From positions 32,001-96,000 of the forward strand of contig JAZKFH010000002.1 of NCBI GenBank assembly GCA_040386535.1: a stretch of 64,000 nt of DNA, written 5' to 3'. The notes beneath the pieces are model-generated. The model was given only the letters and a program-made list of their open reading frames with translations. It made no database searches and had not been told where the DNA came from. The position numbers and the translations under genes were made by a program. Every line of letters begins with the position of its first letter. Positions within the stretch are counted from its first letter, which is position 1. This document shows positions 8,557-18,546 of the stretch, piece by piece. Source of the stretch: Myxococcota bacterium (lineage in GTDB: Bacteria > Myxococcota_A > UBA796 > SXON01).

Positions 8557-11142
8557 CTACACCGCCGCTTCGACGACCGCGCTCCCCTCCCCGTCCCAGC
8601 CCGCGCTCGGGCTGACCAGCCGCCCGTCGACCTCGACGTACACGTCGCGTCGCAACACGCGGGTGCGGTCGATGGGCAGGTCGAGCAGCGCGATGAAGTC
8701 CTTCGCCTTGCCGGGCCGCCCGTCGATCGAGCGGACGCCGAGGTCGATCGCGCCGTCCTCGCGGAGAACGAGGTGCCGCAACATGGCGCGCACGTCCACC
8801 GTGACGGTGCCCTGCTTCGCGTCGCGCACGAGCGGGAGGGCCGCGGAGTCGAGCAGTCGGGCGATCGCCGCCTCGAGGGCCGGGCGCGGAACGGGCGCGA
8901 AGATCGTGTAGTCGGCTCCCACGATCTCACCCATCAGCCCGGGCGCGCGCACGTCGACCTCGCCGACGCCGAGCACGAGCAGCCCCTTCGGCACCGTGGC
9001 GCGCAGCGCTTCGAAGAGCGCGCGGGCATCGACACGTTCGTTGAGCACGATGTCCATGTACTCGCCGGTGCTCTCCACTCCGACGGGCAGCGCCGAGGAG
9101 AAGTTGACCTTGGCGTGCGCGTGGAAGCCGCGGCTGTAGGCGAGCGGGGCCTTCGCGCGGCGCAACGTGCGGATCCACGCGTCCGCGATCTCGAGGTGGG
9201 ACAACAGCCGCGCGTCCCCTTCGCGGCCGACGCGGAAGCGGAGCCGCATGATCGAGTCGAGCTCGACCTGCGGCTCGACCGGGGTGCGCTCCCACTTCTT
9301 CTCCACCTTCGCGCCCGCGATGTTGTCGCGGAGCATCGAGGCGCAGAGCTCGCGCTCCACGTCGATGACGCCACACTTGTGGCACTTCTTGTGGCGGCAA
9401 TCCGGCGCGTGCTGGAGCAGCGTCGCGCGGGCCCAGTCCTCCTGGAACCACTTCTTGGGGATGTGGATGTCGATGTGGTCCCACGGCAGGCGCTCGTCGA
9501 GCTTGCGCTCGCGCAGGGCGAAGGGCACGTCGAAGCCGACCTCGGCCACGGCCTCCATCCAGAGGTCGTAGCGGAGGTGCTCGCTCCACGCGTCGAACCG
9601 GCAGCCCTTGCGGAAGGCGGCCTCGATGAGGTCGGCGGCGCGCCGATCCGAGCGGCTCACGAGGCCCTCGATGAAGGTCTCCTCCGCGTGGTGGCGGCCG
9701 AACTTGATCGCCTTGTTGCGCCCGAAGCGCTTGTACAGGATCAACTGCCGACGGTTGGTCTCCTCGACGTCGAGCTGCGGCGCCCACTGGAACGGCGTGA
9801 GCGGCTTCGGCACGAACGTGCTCACCCCGGTGTGCACCATCGCGTTCCGGTTGATCTTCTTGCCCGCGGCGACGGTGCGCTCGCAGAGGTCGGCGATGGC
9901 GAGAACGTCGTCATCCCGCTCGGTTGGGAGCCCGATCATGAAGTAGAGCTTCACGTGGGTCCACCCGCGCTCGTACGCCTGGGCGCTCATCGTGAGGAGC
10001 TCTTCGTCCGGGATCCACTTGTTGATGACCGCGCGCAGGCGCGGGCTCGCGGCCTCGGGCGCGAACGTCAGGCCGGTGCGGCGGGTCTCCGCGACCATGT
10101 CGGACAGCTCCACCGAGAAGCTGTCGAGGCGCAGCGACGGCAGGCTCACGGTGACGTGCTGCTTCTTGGCGCGCGCGGCCAGCGTCTCCACCATCCCGCG
10201 CACCTGCGAGTAGTCGCAGGTGGAGAGCGACACGAGCGACACCTCCTCGTACCCGGTGGCGTCCAGCGTGCGCTGCATGAGCGAGTTGAGGTTCTCGATC
10301 GTGCGCTCGCGCACCGGGCGCGTCGTCATGCCGGCCTGGCAGAAGCGGCACCCCTGGGTGCAGCCACGCAGCACCTCGAGCGAGATGCGGTCGTGCACCT
10401 GCTCGGTGAAGGGCACGATGTAGTTGACCGGGAACGTGGCCCCGTTCAGATCCTTCGTCGTGCGCTTCTTGATCGGCGGGGCGCCCAGCGACGGCAGGAT
10501 CTGCCCGTCGGGCATCGTGTCGAAGGGGTAGAACGCCGGGACGTAGATGCCCTCGATGGCGGCGAGCGCGCGCAGGCGCGCGTCGCGACCCTTGTTTGCA
10601 CGGAGCGCGGCGGCGATCTCGAGGACAATGTCCTCCCCGTCCCCGATGACGAAGAAGTCCATGAACGGCGCGATCGGCTCGGGGTTGAAGACCGCGGGCC
10701 CCCCGGCGAACGTGAGCGGATCCGACTCGCGACGATCCTTCGTCCGGAGCGGGATGCCGGCCAGATCGAGGATGTTCAGGATGTTCGTGAAGGTCAGCTC
10801 GCTCTGGAGCGTGAACCCGATGCCGTCGAACATGTCGAGCGAGTCCTTCGACTCGTTCGCGAACATCGGGAGCCCACGCTCGCGCAGGATCGCCTCCAGG
10901 TCCTTGGCGGGCGCGTACACGCGCTCGGCCCACACCCCGTCCACGCCGTTGAGCACGGCGTAGAGGATGTGGAGCCCGAGGTTGCCCAGGCCGATGTCGT
11001 AGAGGTCCGGAAAGCAGAGGGCGAGCCGCAGATCGACCGTCGCGGGGTCCTTGTGGACCGTGTTGACCTCCGTGCCCAGGTACCGGCTGGGCTTCTCCAC
11101 CCGGGGGAGGATGTCTTCGGAGAGGACGGTAGCTACGTTCAT
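8557..11142 (-). CDS. B12-binding-like radical SAM protein (TIGR03960-like) fused to a radical SAM-linked domain (TIGR03936/DUF2344-like)
   Basis: VEKPSRYLG, FPDLYDIG..N, RGCTQGCRFC, GLTFAPEA, FVPKP.TPFQW; C-terminal LSHLE..YSRGFHAH..ALPVG. Confidence 0.88.
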   Translation of the reverse strand: MNVATVLSEDILPRVEKPSRYLGTEVNTVHKDPATVDLRLALCFPDLYDIGLGNLGLHILYAVLNGVDGVWAERVYAPAKDLEAILRERGLPMFANESKDSLDMFDGIGFTLQSELTFTNILNILDLAGIPLRTKDRRESDPLTFAGGPAVFNPEPIAPFMDFFVIGDGEDIVLEIAAALRANKGRDARLRALAAIEGIYVPAFYPFDTMPDGQILPSLGAPPIKKRTTKDLNGATFPVNYIVPFTEQVHDRISLEVLRGCTQGCRFCQAGMTTRPVRERTIENLNSLMQRTLDATGYEEVSLVSLSTCDYSQVRGMVETLAARAKKQHVTVSLPSLRLDSFSVELSDMVAETRRTGLTFAPEAASPRLRAVINKWIPDEELLTMSAQAYERGWTHVKLYFMIGLPTERDDDVLAIADLCERTVAAGKKINRNAMVHTGVSTFVPKPLTPFQWAPQLDVEETNRRQLILYKRFGRNKAIKFGRHHAEETFIEGLVSRSDRRAADLIEAAFRKGCRFDAWSEHLRYDLWMEAVAEVGFDVPFALRERKLDERLPWDHIDIHIPKKWFQEDWARATLLQHAPDCRHKKCHKCGVIDVERELCASMLRDNIAGAKVEKKWERTPVEPQVELDSIMRLRFRVGREGDARLLSHLEIADAWIRTLRRAKAPLAYSRGFHAHAKVNFSSALPVGVESTGEYMDIVLNERVDARALFEALRATVPKGLLVLGVGEVDVRAPGLMGEIVGADYTIFAPVPRPALEAAIARLLDSAALPLVRDAKQGTVTVDVRAMLRHLVLREDGAIDLGVRSIDGRPGKAKDFIALLDLPIDRTRVLRRDVYVEVDGRLVSPSAGWDGEGSAVVEAAV

Positions 11143-11232
11143 GCGCGCGCACTAACGCGGCGGGGACGCCGGAGACATCGGCGGGGAGCGCGCGGCGGCG
11201 CGAGACAACGATCGGCGGGGTTAAGCGCCCGC

Positions 11233-12729
11233 ATGCCCCCGATTGGCGAGACGATCGCGCGCCGACGCGTATTCTGGTTCCTCATCGTCCTCGTGGTCGG
11301 GCCGACGCTCGTGCTCGCGTTCTACGGGCTGACCGGCCTGAAGGACCAGCGGGACGCCACCGAAGCGCGGCTCCGCGAGCGGTACATGCTCCAGGCGCGG
11401 GTGCTCGAAGGCGCCATCATCGCGCAGCTCGCCGAGGAGGACGCGCAGCTCCGAGAGGCGCTCGCGCGCCAGGCGCCCGAAGGGGTGCCCGGGGCGCTCG
11501 CCACCCTCGTGTCCAAGAGCGTGGTGATCCGCGACGCCTGGGTGGTCGGCGCCGAAGGGGCGCCCCGGGTGGACGCGGCGGCGGAGGGGCTGTCGGTGAC
11601 CGAGCCCGTCACGTTCGTCTCCACCGAAGACGACGGGCGTCTGTCGACCGTGGCCGTGTCCCGCGTGCGCGAGGGGCTCACGATCGCCTACCGCATCGAT
11701 CCCGACGCGATCGACGCGGTCATCATCCCCGCGCTGGTCGGCAGGCAGTTCCCCTCGGAGCGCGCGCTCTACGGGCTCCGGGCTGCCACGCGCGAGCAGG
11801 CCGGCGAGCCGGTCTCTTTCGAGCGCCTGCGGCGGAACCTCGCGGAGAACCTCGCCGAGTCCGAGCCGACGATCGACCGCACGATGGCCCCGCCCTTCGA
11901 GCAGTGGCGGATCACGGTCGTGCCGCCGGAGGCTCCAGGGGCCGGTTCGAGCGCGGCGGTCATCTGGACCGTGCTCCTGCTCGCCGCCACGACCGTCACC
12001 GGCGTGGTGCTCATGGGGCGCGCCGTCGTGCAGCAGGTGCGTTTGTCGCGGCTCCAGACGGACTTCGTCTCCAACATCAGCCACGAGCTCCGCACGCCGC
12101 TCACCAGCATCCGCCTCTTCATCGAGACCCTCCAGAGCGGGCGCGTGAAGGACCCGGAGAAGGTGCGGGAGTGCCTGGACGTCATCGCGACGGAGAGCGA
12201 GCGCCTGACCCGCAAGATCGAGCGCGTGCTGACGTGGGCGCGCATGGAGGCCGGGCGTCGCATCTACGAGTTCGAGATGGTGCGCCCGGTCGATCTCGTG
12301 CGCAGCTCGCTCGAGGCGTTCCGCGCCCAGCAGCTCCACGGCGAGGCCAAGGTGAGCGTGCAGGTGCCGGACGACCTGCCGCTCGTGCGTGTCGACACCG
12401 ACGCGATGGCCGACGCGCTGCTGAACCTCCTCTCGAACGCCCGCAAGTATGGCGGCGAGGACGTTCAGATCCGGGTGCTCGGCGCGGTCGAGCGGCGGTG
12501 GGTCGTGCTCTCGGTTGCCGACAACGGCCCCGGCATCCCCCGCGACGAGCGCAAGCGCATCTTCGAGAAGTTCTACCGGCCGGACGTGCTCGTCTCGCGG
12601 CGCACCGAAGGCAGCGGGCTCGGCCTCGCGATCGTCCACGCGGCCGTGGTGGCGCACAAGGGCCGGGTGGACGTGGAGAGCGAGGAGGGCCGGGGCGCGC
12701 GGTTCACCGTTCGGCTACCGCGCGCCTGA
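11233..12729 (+). CDS. Membrane sensor histidine kinase (HisKA + HATPase_c)
   Basis: Two TMs; H-box FVSNISHELRTPLT; N-box NLLSNARKY; DNGPGI; GSGLGL; real start ATG 11233 at the 3' end of the 2396-aa shadow frame. Confidence 0.93.
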   Translation: MPPIGETIARRRVFWFLIVLVVGPTLVLAFYGLTGLKDQRDATEARLRERYMLQARVLEGAIIAQLAEEDAQLREALARQAPEGVPGALATLVSKSVVIRDAWVVGAEGAPRVDAAAEGLSVTEPVTFVSTEDDGRLSTVAVSRVREGLTIAYRIDPDAIDAVIIPALVGRQFPSERALYGLRAATREQAGEPVSFERLRRNLAENLAESEPTIDRTMAPPFEQWRITVVPPEAPGAGSSAAVIWTVLLLAATTVTGVVLMGRAVVQQVRLSRLQTDFVSNISHELRTPLTSIRLFIETLQSGRVKDPEKVRECLDVIATESERLTRKIERVLTWARMEAGRRIYEFEMVRPVDLVRSSLEAFRAQQLHGEAKVSVQVPDDLPLVRVDTDAMADALLNLLSNARKYGGEDVQIRVLGAVERRWVVLSVADNGPGIPRDERKRIFEKFYRPDVLVSRRTEGSGLGLAIVHAAVVAHKGRVDVESEEGRGARFTVRLPRA

Positions 12730-12736
12730 CACGGAG

Positions 12737-14134
12737 CTACTCGTCGATCTCGACGACGAACGACACTTCGGCGGACCGGACGGGCTGGGCCAGCGAGGAG
12801 TGGTCGTTGTTGACGAGCTCGAGCCACGCGGTGTGCGTGCCTTCGGAGAGGCCGGTCACGTTGACGGTGCTGGTGGCGCTGTAGTTGTGGTACGCGCCGT
12901 CGACGAACACGTGGTAGTGCCCCTCGCCGTCCACGTTCTCGGACTCGCCGACCATGTCGGGATCGAGCGTGAAGTTCTCGACCGCCGCGCCCACGGCCAA
13001 CGCGTCGGACGTGACCTCGCCCTCCGCGGGGCTGGTGACCATCACGTCGGGGCGCAGCTCTGCCACCGTGAAGCGGGCATAGTCGGCGCCGCCGATCTCG
13101 GTGTGGTCGTTGTCGGCGAGGCGGACCTCGACCACGTGGGCGCCGGCGGACATGTGCGTCAGGATCGCGGACTCGTCCGCGTCGTAATCCTGGTACACGC
13201 CGTCGAGGTACACGTGGTAGTGGCCCGCGCCGACGACCGGGTCGCCATCGACGTCGTCGGGGCTCAACGTGAAGTTCTCGACCGACACGGGCACCGCGAG
13301 GGATGCGCTGTTGATCTCGGTGCCGGCGAACGTGCTGTCGTCGATGGAGATGCCGTAGGCATCGGCCATGACCTCGACGGACACGGTCGAGGAGACCACG
13401 GGGTCGAGCGAGGTGTGGTCGGAGTTCACGAGCTCCACCGTGAGGTCGTGCGCGCCCACGGACAGGTCGGGCGCGGTCACGCTCGACGCGTCGGTGCCGT
13501 AGTCGAAGTACGCGCCGTCGACCAGGAGGTGGTAGTGCCCCTCGCCGAACGCCACGGCGCCGCCGACATCCTCGGACATCGCGAAGTCGGCGATCGAGAG
13601 GGTCAGGCGCGTGGAGGAGGTGCTGAGCACCGTGCCGTCCGCGGGCGACGTGATGACGACGCTCGGCGCGAGGACGTTGACCACGACCTCGTCCATGAAC
13701 GTGGACACGGTGTGGTCGTTGCCGGCGAGCACCACGCCGAGGGTGTGCGCGCCGCTCGCGAGGCCGGTCACGGTGTAGGTCGTGGCGGCGGTGGCATCGA
13801 GGTAGGCCCCGTCCACCAGGATGTGCACGTGCCCCTCGCCTTCGACGGGCGTGAGGTCGCCGTTGGCGAGCGCGTCGGCGTCGAGGACGAAGTCGCCCAC
13901 GTCGTAGGCGAGCGTCACGGACGAGTAGCTGCTGGTGCCCTCGGCGGGCGAGGTCAGCGCGATCGAGGGGGAGTCGACGTCGGTGTCCGTATCGGTGTCC
14001 GTGTCCGTGTCCGAGTCCGTGTCGGTGTCCGAATCGGACTCCTCGATGGTGGGATCGGTGTCCTGGGAGTAGTCGGGATCCTCGGCGACGCCGGTACACG
14101 CGGCCAGCACGAAGAGGGGAAGGGCGAGTCGCAT
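12737..14134 (-). CDS. Lipoprotein with (DT)n linker and four His-rich Ig-like repeats (DUF4399-like)
   Basis: Lipobox LAAC; 4x GxGH(V/Y)HxxxDG...G(A/T)H..V.L..xDH. Confidence 0.75.
   Translation of the reverse strand: MRLALPLFVLAACTGVAEDPDYSQDTDPTIEESDSDTDTDSDTDTDTDTDTDVDSPSIALTSPAEGTSSYSSVTLAYDVGDFVLDADALANGDLTPVEGEGHVHILVDGAYLDATAATTYTVTGLASGAHTLGVVLAGNDHTVSTFMDEVVVNVLAPSVVITSPADGTVLSTSSTRLTLSIADFAMSEDVGGAVAFGEGHYHLLVDGAYFDYGTDASSVTAPDLSVGAHDLTVELVNSDHTSLDPVVSSTVSVEVMADAYGISIDDSTFAGTEINSASLAVPVSVENFTLSPDDVDGDPVVGAGHYHVYLDGVYQDYDADESAILTHMSAGAHVVEVRLADNDHTEIGGADYARFTVAELRPDVMVTSPAEGEVTSDALAVGAAVENFTLDPDMVGESENVDGEGHYHVFVDGAYHNYSATSTVNVTGLSEGTHTAWLELVNNDHSSLAQPVRSAEVSFVVEIDE
13976..14040. 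repeat. Hexamer coding repeat encoding a (D-T/S)n linker
   Basis: gtc(c/g)gt units giving DSDTDTDSDTDTDTDTDTD. Confidence 0.85.
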
Positions 14135-14207
14135 GGTCGTCTCCTGATGAGCCGGACAGTTTGCCCCAGTTGGGCCTCAGCTTGCAACCCCCGTCTTCAG
14201 AACGGCC

Positions 14208-14238
14208 CGCCTTCCGGACGACGCGCCTTCCGAACGAC
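14208..14238. repeat. 2x 15-bp direct repeat (period 16) in a divergent promoter region
   Basis: cgccttccggacgac g cgccttccgaacgac. Confidence 0.6.
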
Positions 14239-14297
14239 CCGCACGGACACCAACTCGCCACCTTGTACGACAATCGCCGTCGCCATAGGCGGGGTGG

Positions 14298-16034
14298 ATG
14301 CACATCCTGGGCGTTTCCTGCTTCTACCATGACGCTGCTGCCTGCCTCCTGTCGGACGGGCGCGTCGTCGCCGCGGCCTCGGAAGAGGCGTTCACCCGCA
14401 AGAAGCACGATTCGCGCCTGCCGGTCGAAGCGATCCGCTACGCGCTCGGGGAAGCCGGCATCCAGGCGGGCGATCTCTCCGCGATCATCTACTATGACAA
14501 GCCCATCCGGAAGCTCGACCGTTCGTTGCGGACGTTCATCGACACGTTTCCGAGCGGTTTCGGCGCCTTCATCCGGAAGATGCCGCACCTCGCGGGCGTC
14601 CAGCTCCGCCTCCCGAGCGAGCTGAAGAAGGAGCTCGGGTACACCGGGGCCGTGCTCTACTCGGAGCACCACCTCTCCCACGCGGCGAGCGCTTTTTATT
14701 GCTCGGGTTGGGAGGAGGCCGCAATCCTCACGGTCGACGGCGTGGGGGAGTGGGCCACGTCCTCCTGGGGTGTGGGTCGGGGCGGCCAGATCCAGCTGAC
14801 GGGAGAGACCCGGTTCCCCCACTCGCTCGGCCTGCTCTACAGCGCGGTGACGCTCTACCTCGGCTTCAAGGTCAACTCCGCCGAGTACAAGGTCATGGGC
14901 CTCGCGCCCTACGGCGAGCCGCTCTACGTCGACAAGATCCGCCAGCTCATCCACGTGGCGCCCGACGGCACGTTCCGCCTCGACATGCGCTACTTCGCCT
15001 TCGACCGCGGCGAGCGGATGTACAACGCGGCGTTCGAGCACCTCTTCGGCCGCCCGGGCCGCCCCATCGAGGAGGGCGAGCTCGAGCAGTTCCACAAGGA
15101 CGTCGCGCGCTCGCTGCAGGTGGTGGTGGACGACGTGATGGTCCGCCTCGCGACGACCGTCGTGAAGGAAACCGGCGTGAAGAAGCTCTGCCTCGCCGGC
15201 GGCGTCGCGCTCAACTGCGTGGCGAACGGCGAGATCCTCCGGCGCGCCCCGGTGGACGACATCTACATCCAACCCTCCGCGGGAGACGCGGGCGGGGCCA
15301 TGGGCGCGGCGTTCGTGGCGTGGAACGGCCTGCTCAAGAAGCCACGCGGCCCGCGCCTGGAGTCGGTCTACCTCGGCCCCGGTTACGAGGAGCCCACGGT
15401 CAAGGCCGCCCTCGACGCCGCGGGCGCGGTGTACCGCCGCTTCGATCGGGACGAGCTCCTCGCCGAGACCGTCTCGCAGCTCACCAACGGCAAGGTCGTG
15501 GGTTGGTTCCAGGGACGCATGGAGTGGGGGCCGCGGGCGCTCGGGCACCGCAGCATCCTCGGCGATCCGCGCCATCCCGAGATGCGCGACATCATCAACC
15601 GCAAGATCAAGATGCGAGAGGGCTTCCGCCCCTTCGCGCCCGCGGTGTTGGAAGAGGCGTGCGCGGATTGGTTCCAGCTCGACCGCCCCTCCCCCTACAT
15701 GCTGCTCGTGGCGCCGGTGCGCGAGGACAAGCCTCCCCTGCCCTCCATCACCCACGTGGACGGCTCGGCGCGCATCCAGACCATCAACCGCGACCAGGAC
15801 GCGCTGTACTACGACCTCATCAAGGCCTTCGGCGAGAAGACCGGCGTGCCCGTGCTCATCAACACGAGCATGAACGTGCGTGGCGAGCCGATGGTGTGCA
15901 GCCCCGAGGACGCGTGGCGCTGCTTCATGCGCACGGAGATGGACGTACTCGTGGCCGGGCCGTTCGTGCTCCGCAAGGAGGACCAGCCGACTGTCGCGCT
16001 CAAGAGCGCGGCGGAGGAGTTCGGTCTGGACTGA
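14298..16034 (+). CDS. O-carbamoyltransferase, NodU/CmcH/TobZ family
   Basis: ILGVSCFYHDAAA, EHHLSHAASAF, DGVGE, EYKVMGLAPYG, AGGVALNC, GPRALGHRS, REGFRPFAP, HVDGSAR, NTSMN. Confidence 0.95.
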   Translation: MHILGVSCFYHDAAACLLSDGRVVAAASEEAFTRKKHDSRLPVEAIRYALGEAGIQAGDLSAIIYYDKPIRKLDRSLRTFIDTFPSGFGAFIRKMPHLAGVQLRLPSELKKELGYTGAVLYSEHHLSHAASAFYCSGWEEAAILTVDGVGEWATSSWGVGRGGQIQLTGETRFPHSLGLLYSAVTLYLGFKVNSAEYKVMGLAPYGEPLYVDKIRQLIHVAPDGTFRLDMRYFAFDRGERMYNAAFEHLFGRPGRPIEEGELEQFHKDVARSLQVVVDDVMVRLATTVVKETGVKKLCLAGGVALNCVANGEILRRAPVDDIYIQPSAGDAGGAMGAAFVAWNGLLKKPRGPRLESVYLGPGYEEPTVKAALDAAGAVYRRFDRDELLAETVSQLTNGKVVGWFQGRMEWGPRALGHRSILGDPRHPEMRDIINRKIKMREGFRPFAPAVLEEACADWFQLDRPSPYMLLVAPVREDKPPLPSITHVDGSARIQTINRDQDALYYDLIKAFGEKTGVPVLINTSMNVRGEPMVCSPEDAWRCFMRTEMDVLVAGPFVLRKEDQPTVALKSAAEEFGLD

Positions 16035-16061
16035 AGGGCCCTGCCGTAAGGCGCTCGGCCC

Positions 16062-17279
16062 CTACCCTTCCAGCCGCTTCTTCGCTTCGAGGACGTGCGG
16101 CGCGCGCTTGCCCGCCTTGGAGAGGAACTTCTCGAGGTGTGGGCGCGCCTCCTCGCTCCGGCCCAGGCGGTGGAGCGCGTCGGCGTAGTACCACCAGGTG
16201 TCGGCGGGCACCTTCTTCATCTCCAGCGCCGCGACGAAGTACTCGAGTGATCCTTCGGCGTCGCCCGCGCGCAGCTTGGCCGCGCCCCGGAGCCGCGAGG
16301 TGGCCGCGCTCACGGGCAGGAACGGCTCGACCTTCGCGAACAGCTCGAACGCCTCGGCCGCGAGCAGGTGGTCGCCGAAGGTGACGATCTCGTCCGCATC
16401 GGCCGCCCAGTAGGTGACCGTGCCGATCTGCAGCGCCCAGGTCGCTTCGACCGCGCCGGGGCGCTTCATCCAGAGCCTGCGCGGCGGCGTGGGGAGCGGC
16501 AGCTTCTTCACGCCCTCGCTCGTCGCGCGGATCACGCCCTGGCGCGGATCGGCCTGGGCGGTCGTGATGGCGACCATCGCGCCGGGCACGGCGTCCTCGT
16601 CGATCGCGCCGGCGTCGATGCCGAGATCGCTCCACACGCCGGTGTAGGCCGCGGGCCACTCCAGGCGCTGCTGGGCCTCCCCCGCCACGGTGGCGATGAG
16701 CCGCAGCCCGTTCTCGGCGAGGCGGCGCACCCCGTCGAGCGCGGAGGTGTAGCCGACGATCGAGCACACCCGCGCAATCTCGGCCTGCGTGTCGGGACGC
16801 ACGCGCGGATCGTCGAAGAGCGCGACCACGCGGGCCTCGAGCTCGGTGTCGCCGTTGACGGCGGCGCTCGTGCACAGGCGCCAGAGGCCCACGCACGCGC
16901 CGAGCCGCACGTCTCCCCGGGGATCGCGCAGGGCCCCGAGGATCCGGCTCGTGGCGTCGGGGACGTTGAGCGTGCCGCACACCTGGAAGATGCCCGGGTT
17001 GACGCTCGGGTCCGTGGTCTTGATCGAGGCCCACAACGCGGCGCGCGTGTCGTCCGGGATCTCCGCGGCGCGGGGGGCGAGACGCCAGCGCGAGAGAATG
17101 TCGGCGGCCGCGGCGGCGGCGCCGAGCCGCACCCCCGGCGAGGGATCGGACACGGCGCGCTGGAGCAGCGTCGGCAAGTGCTCGGGCGTGCCCTTGGCGG
17201 CGAGGTCGCGGGCGCCGGCGGCGCGGGTCGCGAGATCCTTGGCGGAAAGGGCGGCGAGGGGGTCGGCGGTCTCAGACAT
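16062..17279 (-). CDS. HEAT-repeat protein with C-terminal TPR
   Basis: DPSPGVRLGAAAAA, DPRGDVRLGA; C-terminal WWYYADALHRLGRSEEAR..LEKFL; start reassigned to ATG 17279. Confidence 0.65.
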   Translation of the reverse strand: MSETADPLAALSAKDLATRAAGARDLAAKGTPEHLPTLLQRAVSDPSPGVRLGAAAAAADILSRWRLAPRAAEIPDDTRAALWASIKTTDPSVNPGIFQVCGTLNVPDATSRILGALRDPRGDVRLGACVGLWRLCTSAAVNGDTELEARVVALFDDPRVRPDTQAEIARVCSIVGYTSALDGVRRLAENGLRLIATVAGEAQQRLEWPAAYTGVWSDLGIDAGAIDEDAVPGAMVAITTAQADPRQGVIRATSEGVKKLPLPTPPRRLWMKRPGAVEATWALQIGTVTYWAADADEIVTFGDHLLAAEAFELFAKVEPFLPVSAATSRLRGAAKLRAGDAEGSLEYFVAALEMKKVPADTWWYYADALHRLGRSEEARPHLEKFLSKAGKRAPHVLEAKKRLEG

Positions 17280-17373
17280 GCCCGTGGTTCGTAGCACCGA
17301 GCGCGTGGATGCGCCCGACCCGTTTGGCGCGACCGGCCTCCACCGGGGCCACGGCCGGCGATAAGGGGCACGG

Positions 17374-18546
17374 ATGTTCCTGCTCGCCCTGTTCGCCTGC
17401 ACGCCCGATGTCCGCGGCCTCTACGAATCCGAGCGCACGGCCGCGCTGGAGGTGGCGACGGAGCGGCCGCGCGACTGGTTGCCCGACGTGACCTTGCAGA
17501 TCGCGGGGCCCGACTTCGAGGAGGCCGTCAGCGTCGCGTTGAAGGCCGCCCTCACCCGCACGCAGGACCCGCTGGTCGTCCCGATCGGCCTCGGCTTCGA
17601 GGCGAAGCTCAAGCCCGTGTTCACCATCGAGGAGGCGGTGCTCCGCACGAGCGACACCTGCCCGTCGTGCCTCTCCTTCGACGCCGAGCTCAACGGCAAG
17701 GCGACGTGGTCGCTCGGCCCCTCCTCCGGCACCGTGCCCCTCGACGTGAGCGCCCAGGGGGTGTTCGCGCTCGAGGTCGCGAACGGAAATGTCATCCAGG
17801 CCGTGCCGCGCGCCATCACCTCGGTCAAGGTGAAGGTGATGGACTTCAATGGGTTGAAGGTGAACCCCTCGAAGCAGATTCAGGAGTGGCTGACCGACCA
17901 GCTCTCCGACCGCATCCCGAAGATCAAGATCGTCGAGCTCGACACGTCCCTGCTCCCCCTGCGCGATCTGCGGCTCCGCAGCCAGGCCGGCGCCGTGCGG
18001 ATCGAGGCCCTGAGCGACGTGCCGGGCGCGCGCCCGGTGGGCAACATCGAGGTGCCGACGGACGGGGTGCGCCTCGCCATCTCCGAGACCGCGCTGATCG
18101 GCCTCGCGCGCCGCGCGGCGTTCCAGCAGGGCGAGCTCACGATGGACGTGTACGCCGACCCGCTGGAGATGAACGTCGAGGGCACGCAGTTCACCCTCGA
18201 CCTGCGGCTCTGGCGGCTCGTGGGCCGCGGGTGGTGGCGCGACTACCGCATCTTCGGCGATCTCGCGGTCAAGGGCGGCGCCATCCAGCTCGTGCCGTCC
18301 CGCGTCGAGGAGCTCGGCAAGTCGCCCGGCGCCGGCCTGGTCGACCCCCTCGCCGCGCTCTTCGAGGGCCAGATCCTCCAGGCGATCACGCGTTCGGTGG
18401 CACAGACCCTCCCCGGGGCGCGCGCGCAGGACCTCGGCGTCGTGCAGCTGCGCGCGGAGACCAACCTCGTGTCGGGGCGCGAGGGCACCCTGGTCGTCGA
18501 CGGCAAGCTCCTCGTGCGCGCACCGGACACGGCGAAGGGGCCGTGA
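17374..18546 (+). CDS. Hypothetical lipoprotein, possibly a two-lobed BPI/LBP (TULIP)-like fold
   Basis: Lipobox LFAC; typical codon usage; internal similarity DVTLQI..DF vs DGVRLAISETAL. Confidence 0.6.
   Translation: MFLLALFACTPDVRGLYESERTAALEVATERPRDWLPDVTLQIAGPDFEEAVSVALKAALTRTQDPLVVPIGLGFEAKLKPVFTIEEAVLRTSDTCPSCLSFDAELNGKATWSLGPSSGTVPLDVSAQGVFALEVANGNVIQAVPRAITSVKVKVMDFNGLKVNPSKQIQEWLTDQLSDRIPKIKIVELDTSLLPLRDLRLRSQAGAVRIEALSDVPGARPVGNIEVPTDGVRLAISETALIGLARRAAFQQGELTMDVYADPLEMNVEGTQFTLDLRLWRLVGRGWWRDYRIFGDLAVKGGAIQLVPSRVEELGKSPGAGLVDPLAALFEGQILQAITRSVAQTLPGARAQDLGVVQLRAETNLVSGREGTLVVDGKLLVRAPDTAKGP

Noticed and set aside
5539..11232. 2396-aa ORF 5539..12729 (+) as a giant protein
   Set aside because: Antisense shadow of three real minus-strand genes with Arg/Ala-rich nonsense translation; only the last 498 codons (from 11233) encode the kinase
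12573..15755. 1060-aa minus ORF and similar long ORFs (40435..43185, 56106..57839, 27806..30532, 51306..53237)
   Set aside because: Stop-poor alternative or antisense frames typical of high-GC coding DNA, overlapping genes with clear motifs
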